64,000 nt of DNA, from contig JALDZS010000102.1 in assembly GCA_022813965.1 (NCBI GenBank), forward strand, positions 1 through 64,000, given 5' to 3'. Shown here in pieces: positions 36,466 through 46,454 of this stretch. Under the pieces are notes generated by a model. That model made no database searches and was not told the origin of the DNA. It saw nothing but the letters and a program-made list of their open reading frames with translations. Origin of the DNA: Toensbergia leucococca (lineage: Eukaryota). Both the position numbers and the translations under genes were made by a program. Within the stretch, counting starts at the first letter, position 1. The number at the start of each line of letters is the position of its first letter.

Positions 36466-37100
36466 TTACAGTCTCATATAGATGACTTTAATCTTTCTTC
36501 GCTTGGATTTAGGAGCCAGCTTCTTGAAATCGCTGTCGCATCTTGCCAGCTTCACACCGTCGTCGCCGATACTGACATCATCATATTTGATCTCTTCTTT
36601 CAAATGATTCATGTAGAAAGTCTTTAGAGCATTCTTTGTCTCCACTTTGAAAGTATAGTCATCCTTCCTCGTGTTCTTCGTTTTTCTTCTTCTTCTAATA
36701 GCAATCCTCCGGCTTTCCGTCCTTTTCCTTCTCCTTTTTGTTATTGTGATGGCCTTTTCTGGATCTTCGGTTTCACAGTCAGATGCTTTGTGATTCGGCT
36801 TGTCACAGTGCTTGAGATGATTTTCATCTTTCCAAACTTGGCTTTGTGGTTTCACCGACCTTTGCACCAGGCCAATAGTAGTGAGACGTAGTGATTGGCA
36901 GAGTTTGAGAAAAGAATATGCACCCGCAACCGAGATAGCAGGTCCAGGATTTTGTGTTTTTTGTAGAAAAGACGGTTTTGCTGTCGATGGTGACATACAT
37001 CTAGAAATAAGCGTCGTGATAAATCTCAAGGCTCAACTCATAATCGGCGGCATTGTGCTTGTATCTCAATACGCCATAGACCCAATGATCAGTTAGGTCG
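36466..37100 (-). mobile_element. Degenerate LTR-retrotransposon gag-like fragment (CCHC zinc knuckle)
   Basis: LKHCDKPNHKASDCETEDPEKA fits C-x2-C-x4-H-x4-C with the first Cys lost and is followed by a basic tract. No pol or LTRs are recognisable. Confidence 0.4.
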
Positions 37101-40100
37101 ATCCAATCATCCATTCGCGTCCCATATCAAACGTATATTGTGGCTGATATTTCCAGTGGTAGCTCCCGTCCGAGCTCCCACTTTGTAGACTCGGTGGAGT
37201 ACATCTTCGACCTTCAATGAAGCTATGCCTTTCATGCATTCGTTGCAAGTAGCTGGAAGAGGCGGGCGAAATGGTCGCCATTTCTAGTCATTCAGAAATT
37301 GCGCCTTAAGGTCTTATCACTTTTGAAAGTGAGAAAGTCGCACTTTTGTTGCACGAGGCCAAATACAGGTCCTATTGTCTTCTGATGCCGCAAGAATGTA
37401 AAACTCTTTCAACATATGATTGAGGTGAGGAAGCGGCCGAGACACCGCCAACACTCTCGATATCATTAATGCTCACTATAATTAGAGTCAATACTAGAAC
37501 AAAATGATTGGCAGCCACAGAAAAGGATTGCAATGAAGGGAGCAGGAATTTACGTACTGTTGGCAACAAACACAACGCCCACCTCTCTCACAGCGTCCGC
37601 CTCACCCCTCATCACAGTCCATTTCACCCCCCACGTCTCCCAACCCCAAACAAGACAGAGAATTGTCGTACCGGCGCTTTCTTCAATGGAATCGAACTTC
37701 TCGTACTAAAATGAACCTCATTGGCTGACAAACATATTTAATCATTGGCTATAAAGGAGAGTCATACAACTTCATCCCAAAGCTTCTTCGCTCTTTCATC
37801 TTCCTTGACCAGGAGGCCGGAGTAGAACGCGTCAAGCGGAAGGACACTAAAACGATTTGCATCAAAGCTGAGGTAAGGATTACCATATCAAATGGTGGTG
37901 ATCTCGGAGGAAACGGCTTAAGTGGATGTGCTTGTGGGCTTTCGTCGGCGTGTATTGCGGGAGATGGGAGAAATTGGGGTCGGTAGAGGAGTATGGGAAC
38001 GGGCCCGTGGTCAGGAGAGGGGAGACGTTCTCCAGGTCGATGTCGTCGTTATTGGGAGGTGCGGGGAAAGAAGATTAGTCTGCGGCGATGGGGCGAGGGA
38101 ACAGTTCGAGCCCGGGAGATATCGCTTGTTTTGTGAGTATTCCCGGCGATGATTGAAGTGGATAGGTATACAACTTAGAGGGCACATTTTGCGCTGCATA
38201 TTTGATTGCTAAGAGAGTCTCCAGCCCTGAAGAGATAAAAGTCAGCATTGTGCTTGGACTGAGAGGGAACTTGGTAAGGGCTGGGGAAGAGGTCGCACTC
38301 ACTTGTCCATAAGAAAATTAGAACCCTCCAGTCACTTCGCTGACTTGAGATTCTATGCCATGACATAATGTTTCTTCCTCAAATGCTGCTTTTCTACATC
38401 CAAGCAACCTTTGGTTGGGCTTACTGTAGTGTCTGGAAAGCCCCATATTATTCGCAGCGTTGCTCGGAGACATTCTGGCCTTGACATATGTAACATGTTT
38501 CAATAAGTTTTCACCTCGACGACATCGACGATCATCCTTTGCGAATCCCCATATAGAGCCAAGACTATGTTGTGCCTCGCAATGGACATTAATATAAGAC
38601 TTTGAAGAATTAGGGGCTTTATATGCTCTGTTGAGGGTGTCCATGAGTTATTGACTTCCAGATGGCGTCAAGAGTTAAGCTGAAGGTAAGGATTCAAACG
38701 AAACTAATTTCGAATTGAAAAGAACCAGTAGGAAGGAGAAGTGTACTGGACAGGATACTGGTGGTCCTTGGTAGACTGTCGGAATGCTAGGCTCTCTCTC
38801 GATATGAGGTGCTTCATGTCAAGAGCATAGTTTCGAAGCCTAGCATTAAGCGAGTCCTGTTTGCAGACCCTCCTCTTGTCATTGGCGTAAGCTTCTTTCC
38901 TCCTCGTCGCTGGAAGACTAATGACTGGCTTTTTGCTCGCGCTTGAGGTTCTTGGAGACGATCTTAGAACGTAATCTGACTGGTCCATTGTAGATGCTCT
39001 TGTCTGGAGTTTGATCTTGCCGTTTTAGAATAGCTGTAGGAGATATTGTCGCGGACAGAAAGTTGTCTGAGATGGCGTCTTTGACTACTTTTTAGACCAT
39101 GTCTTGTAGATCTAATCTGGAAGAAGAAAATTGTAAGAACCTTTTTGTAATGAAACCCGAGACCGTATTAGGGGTACATGGTAGAGTGTTTGAATGGGAT
39201 ACAACTCTTAAATAGAAGAAGCTGAAGGTGATTTGAATGATCTATACCTGTCATAGATATGTTGAAGGCTGTTCGTATTTGAGTATGTATGTTGAGTATG
39301 TATCTGAATTTTTTAGGAGCCTCGTGAACTTGTTCTCTTTATCCTTAGCTTTCGACAAGGTAGGATTCCAGACGTTCCGGATGTTCCTAAAGGCTGCTGA
39401 ATTGTTATTAATCCACAAGGTAGCCCATATGCTGGCTTCCAAGATCCAAAAGACTCCAGACCCAGCACCATATTGCCTAAGGGCGATGCTCGTATTTCCA
39501 GCGAGGCTGCGACTCTGCTGTTAGGCGATATATTCAGAGATCAAATATTGTGATCGAGTCAAGTTCCGCTGTCTTTGCGGTGATTTTCCACGGCATCGAG
39601 GATGTGAATCACCCTCTATACTGGCGGGGCCTGCAGATGCTGTCTTGGTTGATCTAGATTTTGTTGAGATGGATCTCATCGAATTCTCCAATTCCAGCAC
39701 GCAAGTCGTTTTGTATTCCAACCAATATCAGTCCCGGGCAGCGGCTATCGCTAGGGATGTTCACTTCTTTGACGACTCGAGTTGTGTGGGCCAAATTCTT
39801 CCTCAATACAGATGGAACCATCTTGCGTAGGCTTCGGGGATGTCTGCGAAGGCTTTGCCTGCGCCAGCTTCGGGTCTCTTTTATCATACATTTTTTCCAA
39901 TATGCCCTCCACGCTCCTCAACTCGTATCTCTCCGCGTCTTTTTTGAAGAAGCTATCCAAAGTGTTCGGAGTCAATAATTCTGCGTAATAAAATGCCAGA
40001 AGGATGCGATTAAGAAGTGAGCGAAAGGTAAGAGACTTTACCAGCCGGTAAGTCTCAGTCGAGCAAAGAAGTCAGTGCCTTAATGGCAATGCCGGAGATC

Positions 40101-41399
40101 AGCTTCGACTACTCATGCATAGATGTTCCTCTCCATTCTGCTCAACGCCAATAAAACGTCGTCGGTAAATCGTTAAAAACTTGAGCGACGACCCTCATGG
40201 GAAAATGTCGTTTATAATACGCCTGATTCGTGAAAGTTAGCAAAGTCACTTTTTCTTACTTGGGAATCAGGGCTTCAGCGTAATGGAACCATTGTGGTGT
40301 CTTACATTGTACTTTTCAACACTCTCTCAACAACCAATGACCCTATGTCCAGATGTCCGCTATTTACTATGCCCGGTCGCCTAACTTGTAAAGAAGTGGG
40401 ATCTCTTCAAATCCAGCAACGAACCGCACTTTGATTGCTCTTCGCGCTTTTGCGAAAACCACATTCTAGATTCCGGCATCGTTGATTTTTTGACGTCCGT
40501 TTCCTTATCTCGTGGATTCTTTTCGCATTTAGATGTAGATCGCAAACCAATCGGCGGCCTCGAGTATAAATTTCCGCCAATTCTCTTGGAATAAGCCTCC
40601 TCTGGGATTGCTGCTTGCTCTTGACCTTATTGGAACCTTTTTGATGCTTAGTCTTGAGCGAGGTACAAAAGAATGTCAGATTGTCATTATAGAAATCTTG
40701 TATGAGGAGTGGTGGGCTAGAGAATCATATCATGACCGAACTCGTAAGGCAGAGATTTGACTACCCCTGAATAAGCCCTAGCTTTTCGTCCCACTTGTTG
40801 TACAAAGAGGTGTACATCTTTGTAGTAGAGATTTTCTTTCGACAATTCATACATCGCCTAGTAGGTGCTATTCGATCAAGGAATACCTGGATGGAACTAT
40901 CCAATCTCAGAAGTCTTGAACACCTGAAGTTTTAGTGGTATAGCCGGAGGATCTGGAGGTGGGCGACGATATTCAGTCTGAAGAAATCTGGCGATTTTAG
41001 TGTTTGCTCAACTCTATAACGAACTCTAGTCTTTCGCTCAAAGAAGGAGACTCTGCAAGGAGGCGCAGAGGGGGTATCTTCCAAGTCAAGGGCTAGATCT
41101 GGCTCCAGGACAGCATCTCCTGCCTCCGCCACTTCCGAGGAAGTTCGATAGCTTGGTAGAATCTCCTGCTATCATCTTCGAGACCAGTCTTATCAAGTAG
41201 CTATTCTCAGATTCAATCTGTACGTCATTTTCAACTTTAAAATTGACCTTGGGATCAGAGAATGCGGTAATCTCTGCCCACTAGAATGATCAGGACTCTC
41301 CACTCCAAGCTTTACAAGCTACATGCGAGTCTCGTGTGCATGTAGTGGAGGAAATATAGTAGTCCAAAGCTCCAGGTGCTTTTTCGGAAAGACAGAACA

Positions 41400-41850
41400 T
41401 TTGGATAGAGAGACTCGGTTTGGTCCTTGCACCACGACGCTTCTCAGCTGGAAATCAAATTCGGTTTGAATGTCTTCTGCGTCAGGACTCTCGATTGAGT
41501 TCCAACAGGGCCTTTCGCCACGGACTAGGCTGCCGAGTTTATATACCAGATCAATGGTAAATAATTAATAGGAGGAAGATCCTCAAAGCTTCGTGTAAAA
41601 TTTGCCGATTGGCTCGAAGTATTGTGGGATTTTTAGACCGGAATCTTAGGGTAAATCATGCCTTCATTAGGAGTCCGCCGTTTTCGGAATGAACAACTGA
41701 GTTTTCCATTCGTCAGGCTTCTCAGAAAAGCATAGTCGGCCAAGAGAGGCTTGAGGTCTGCATTTCAGTATATTTCGGCTGGGCGATCCACCATTATTAG
41801 AGACTTGAAGGTTAGTCTGTTCTCATCCTCTTTTGTTTTTGGATTTTCTC
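41400..41850 (-). pseudogene. F-box-like fungal protein gene relic
   Basis: Frameshifted D-R-P-A-E-I..MQ..KPLL (about 41735-41790) followed by PTILRANRQILHEALRIF (about 41577-41630) matches the common fungal LPxEIRxxIxxxLL ... LRxxRQIxxEA pattern. Confidence 0.4.
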
Positions 41851-42584
41851 CAATGGAAGAATGGACAAGAACTGTATAGTATGTTTCGGGGCTGAACGTC
41901 ATGACATCTTGCCGAGAGATAGATTAGCAACCCGAACTAAGTTTTTTGCGTGATCGTTCCCGTCGGGCAATTCCATTCAGCATACTTTCTTGGCAGATGC
42001 ATAGTTGTCAACGCATACCGGTTTATGGTGCTTGTTGGTGCCCATTTCATTGACCATGAGAAGTTTTGTCAGAGCTAGTATTGGCGTTGAAGGCTGCGAC
42101 GTTATGTACCCACAGTCGTCTGTAACAAGGGAGTAGCCGGTATATGTGCAGAGGGAGGAAGCTGAATCTTAAACCGAATATGGTGGCGTGTTGTTAAGTT
42201 CAAAAGCCGAAGACGATTTCCCAAGCTTCAGGAGCGGTATACTCAATGAATCTCGGGGAGCTTTTGTCCATTTGACAGACTGCGATGGGTTTTTGGTCGG
42301 CCTGCAGCTTCAAAATCGTCTTCGCATGTACAAGGAGATCACAGATGAGTTGGCTCACGCCTAAGTGAACATCGGAACCAATTCAACGACAGAAGCGGAA
42401 TTTAGAGATTTTCTTCTTCTTCTGCTCATTCGATGAGCTGAGAATCTCGTCTCATTTGCTGTCCACTGTTCCCCCTAGAGAACTGCGGACTTGTCTCTAT
42501 TGAAGGTGAGTAATGTTTTTTCTTCTTTGATGCTCGCCATTCCCGTCCTGGTTCAGCATATCTGTTGCCTAGTCTTCCAGATTG

Positions 42585-42869
42585 CTAAAAACCTAATATT
42601 TTGGATGGCTCGAAAGCTCTGCTCTGACGTACTCGAGGCTGGCAAGCTCTCTTGCTTGTCTGTTTCTGTAGTAGACTGAAAAGAAAGTTGAAGGCATACA
42701 CAAATGCTATATCAGTTTTTCTTCCGAATGGCTGAGCTGTCCAACCCATGGTGGTGAGTGGTGACCCGACTTCTGGGAAACGAGAGAAAAGGAAGAATAT
42801 GACATAGTAGTCAAAGATCGTGTCGAGGATGACGAGGCTGATGAGCATGAGGAACGTGGATTGACGCAT
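42585..42869 (-). CDS. Hydrophobic micro-protein, MRPST family copy C (94 aa, N-terminal 31 aa homologous to copy A)
   Basis: MRQSTFLMLISLVILDTIFDYYVIFFLFSRF aligns without gaps to copy A at 45818-45931. The ATG is preceded by aaa and a ctaag...cag acceptor-like signal. Confidence 0.4.
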   Translation of the reverse strand: MRQSTFLMLISLVILDTIFDYYVIFFLFSRFPEVGSPLTTMGWTAQPFGRKTDIAFVYAFNFLFSLLQKQTSKRACQPRVRQSRAFEPSKILGF

Positions 42870-43124
42870 TTTCCGAGTGGGTACGTATTGTGGATGCAAC
42901 TGGTACTTAGTTTGTATGAGGAGACGATGAATGAGTATCCTACTATTATGAAATTTGAAGTCGATTCTCGTAGATATTAAGGATGATAATGGCAACGAGC
43001 TTGAAAATTGTAGATGGACGCATTTCTTGAGTTGGTACGTATCGTCGGTGCAATTGGTACTTAATTTGTATGAGGAGACGATAAATGTGTATCCTACTGT
43101 TATGAGATTTGAAGTCGATTCTCG
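42856..43124. repeat. Direct duplication, about 115-bp units 154 bp apart, each carrying an MRxST start on the minus strand
   Basis: 42856-42970 aligns with 43010-43124, from gacgcattt through tttgtatgaggagacgat to atttgaagtcgattctcg. Confidence 0.9.
42946..43023 (-). pseudogene. Truncated MRPST family copy B (25 aa)
   Basis: MRPSTIFKLVAIIILNIY matches copy A (MRPSTIFKIAAFIILSVY), then runs into the duplicated leader of copy C and stops. Confidence 0.5.
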
Positions 43125-44729
43125 GAAGCTGAATGGAGTTCAGAGAGTGTTGTTGCTGCTTTGAGTGATCTTAGCTATTGGAACGAGAAGTCTTTGAAAA
43201 TATGACATTAGACGGGTACGGATAGAGATTAGGGATTGAAGATAGCGAGGCCAACCTACAGTACGGGCGATGCGCAAAGCCTGGTAATCAAAGTAATTGA
43301 TGTTTGTTGAGGAATTGTTTGGGCCACAAGAAAGCTTTGGTTCCTTGGTATACCTCCAGCTTTATTGTTCTTCTCATGTACTTCTTGTTTCGAGTTGAGG
43401 ATCCAGCGATAGACCGAGATCCTTAGACACTATTACAGGGCTAGAAGACTAAGAGGAATTGCTCTCATCCCACATAATCAACATCGCTGAGAGAAAGCCT
43501 GACAGCGTGACTATTTAGCGACGTGGTGGTGTGGTTGTTTTGTACTACAGCGACGATGGTCTGGGTGTAGTCAGATGCCGCTGAGGTATGTAGGACTCTA
43601 GATTAGAGTCAGTCGTGAAAATAGAGGAACGGAGAAGGCCTGAATCGCTAGAGAAAAAGAACCCGGAGAAATTAATAGAGCTCACCAGAAGAGTCGTCTT
43701 TCATTCAGTGATCTTAATTATTTCTGATCTCCACAGAAAGAACTACTCAATCAGGGTAGTAGGCTCGATTATATCCGTCCGGTAGCTGTCTGGTAAGTGA
43801 GAGATGTTAGCCCATGGAAAGAGGTAGAAGTTTAGAAGCGTAATATAAGTGTCCCACAAAGAAGAGGATGATTAGGTTGATGCTTTGTACTGACCTGATC
43901 ATCTTAGTGATGTATAAGATGTAAAAGGCCTGCCAACAGCCACGGATCGTCCATAGTGCGGTAGCTCCATCGATGTTGATGCTACCTTAGCTGCATACCC
44001 CACCGACGGAAGATGAATGTGAGCGATTCTCGTAGATTTGAAGGAAAGGAAAGTAAGGTGAGAGAAGCCATGAAGAGACTGAGTTGTAATTTGATCACAT
44101 AGCAAATCTTTAGAGTGGTGGTGATGGTGGATGGCGGATGATGGTGATGGTGGATGGTGATGATTGTTGAAAGTTTTGAATACGGGGGTGATGTTGATGT
44201 TTTGTATTCGACGATAGGCGAAACAGAGACCATACTATGACCAAAGCAGGAAACTTTACAAGACACTGTACATGAGGGACAGTAGATCAAGCGACCTTAT
44301 GTGTGTCTTGACGGTAGGTATGAAGTCTGAAGTAGAGGAGCTGCATGTATGCTTGTCTTCATCGTTGAGATGTCTAAACCGCAGGTCGAAAACTTTTTGT
44401 GATTTGCAATGACAGAACAAGAGAGAGTGTCTTGCACATAGAAGGTGACAGGGACCTTTACGTTTAGGTGTATAGATATATAAAAAAGAGTAGCAGGCTC
44501 TTGAGAAAGAACAAGCAAAGACAATATGGATGTTGCACTCAAGTCCATTTTTCGCAGGGAATCAAAGCTTTAAGTACCCCGGAGTGAGCATTCGAAACTC
44601 AGGGACGTGAATCGCCAACAAGTGATTGACTCTCCGCCGTGAACATCGGACATGAAGTCAAGATTCAATATCCATGGATTGATAGTTCACTCTTCACTCC
44701 TTGTCACACTCACAGACGGATTTTATGAG

Positions 44730-45010
44730 CTTTTGATTCCGGGATTCTCTATCTCTTTTTCTCAAAAGACTCCATTCCCATACTGTGAGAAGCTAGTCAC
44801 CACGCTGTTGATCGCTCCAACTCAAGAAGTCCCTATATCCTTACTAGCAAGGTGATTGATTCTTGAGATGTCTTTCTCTTCATTTCAAAGAAAACCTATT
44901 TCTTTACTATCAAGTTGATTGATTCCCACAGTACCTATCTCTTCATTGCAGAGAACCTACTCTTACAACCAAGGCGATTTGCTTCACCCAACGTTCATCT
45001 CTTCACAATA
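44730..45010. repeat. Degenerate minisatellite, about 60-bp unit, 4-5 copies
   Basis: The unit tgattgattc...tctcttcatt.ca.aga.aaccta...ttacta.caag starts at 44853 and 44916, with weaker copies at about 44733, 44800 and 44975. Confidence 0.6.
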
Positions 45011-45817
45011 AAACACGTCCATGTTCTTGCCTTTGAAGCTGCCACAAAGCTTTTCTGCGAAATCAAACTCAAAGTTCGCAATGATATTCATTAAGCACGC
45101 AATGCGCAAGTCCTCTCAACTGTACCTCTCTCTATATCGCCTCTCATCTCATGAGCATTTGGCGAGATTTTCTGTAGATTGAAAGTCTAGTAAGGGATTC
45201 ATTTCATTCAAACAGCAACGGGCCAGCGTTAATACACAGACGTGTTGAAGCATGCAGTGCTATTAGAGTTCTACATCAAGAACGTTGATTGTAAGTAGAA
45301 CCAATCGGCGAATTGTTGTTGCGGCGCCTAGCTTCCGTGCACAGATTCATCATGGCTGACGACCTCGCAGGCAGTCAGAGGCTACAGACAGTGTTTACTC
45401 TACTTCCCCACGGTACAGAAACATTGGCAGATACACTGACCACTGTGATCTTGACTCTTGAAGCTTGATTTCTATGTTGAAGCCGGCGATGTCAATCGCT
45501 TAAGAAGCCCTAACGGCGTCTAGTTTTGCCGCTCCGAACTCATACACTTCAAGCAGGGAGATGGTCTAAGGTCGTGACGGGATAGGTTCAATGATATTTC
45601 ATACATGTATTCAGATGGGTGGTATCATTTCCGTAGCATAGAGCAGCAATCACGAAGCATATCTTTATTGTGAGTCCTATCTAGACGAGGAATCTCTCAT
45701 TTATGCTTTCGCTGTATGAAAACTAGAGAGCTCAATGCTAGCAACAGCCATCCTCGACTATCCGCCATCTCCCATTGAGTAAACCATCTCTCTTGTAAAA
45801 CCACACCAGCAGGAGCT

Positions 45818-45931
45818 TCATTTGAAGGCCCAATTGATGAAACGAGGGATGATAATGAAGAGGAAGAGGTAGTCCATGTAGACGCTAAGGATGATAAAGG
45901 CAGCGATCTTAAAGATTGTAGATGGACGCAT
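45818..45931 (-). CDS. Hydrophobic micro-protein, MRPST family copy A (37 aa)
   Basis: MRPSTIFKIAAFIILSVYMDYLFLFIIIPRFINWAFK* with strong start context caccaaaATG. A candidate 5' UTR intron lies at 45970-46118 (GTAAGT...CTACAG). Two paralogs are about 3 kb away. Confidence 0.5.
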   Translation of the reverse strand: MRPSTIFKIAAFIILSVYMDYLFLFIIIPRFINWAFK

Positions 45932-46041
45932 TTTGGTGCTTCGTATTTTTAGTGAGATCGGTACGTAATCTGTAGAAGGGGATGATAAGTGAGTAACACA
46001 CAATAATAGGAACGATTTCTGTTTAGGAGGTTTTTTGGTGC

Positions 46042-46352
46042 TTTCAATGATATTAGCCATTATAAAGAGACTTTCAAACGATGGGCTTGGATAGTGACTG
46101 GGAATGAAGGTCACTTACAGTCTTAGTATCCGGTTGAAATGCAAGAGTTTTGGTCAAGGGAGAGTTCGAGAATGAAAGATGTGGTGATTGCTGTTTTCAA
46201 TGACATTAGCTATTGTGAAGAGTCTTCCAAATGATGGTCTTGGACAGTGATTAGGAATGAAAGTCAGGAAATTCCACTTACAGTCTTGGGGTAGTGTTTG
46301 GGCACGAGAGTTGTGATTAGGAAAGAGTTCGAAGATAGAAGATGTGGTGATT
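46042..46352. repeat. Tandem duplication (about 153-bp period) upstream of micro-ORF copy A
   Basis: tttcaatgatattagccatt...ggaatgaaggtcacttacagtctt (from 46042) is repeated from 46195. The trailing gagttcga...agatgtggtgattg is also duplicated. Confidence 0.85.
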
Positions 46353-46454
46353 GACTGTCCATGCACTAGCTTTTTGCGCATTGGGCCCCTCGACGACTAA
46401 GCAACGAAACTTCCCCTTGACCCTCATCCACAGCACCGAGTTGCACCACGAATC

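Noticed and set aside
19000..45800. Starship element call
   Set aside because: No DUF3435 captain, terminal repeats or boundary direct repeats could be identified by eye. It is kept only as a hypothesis in the findings.
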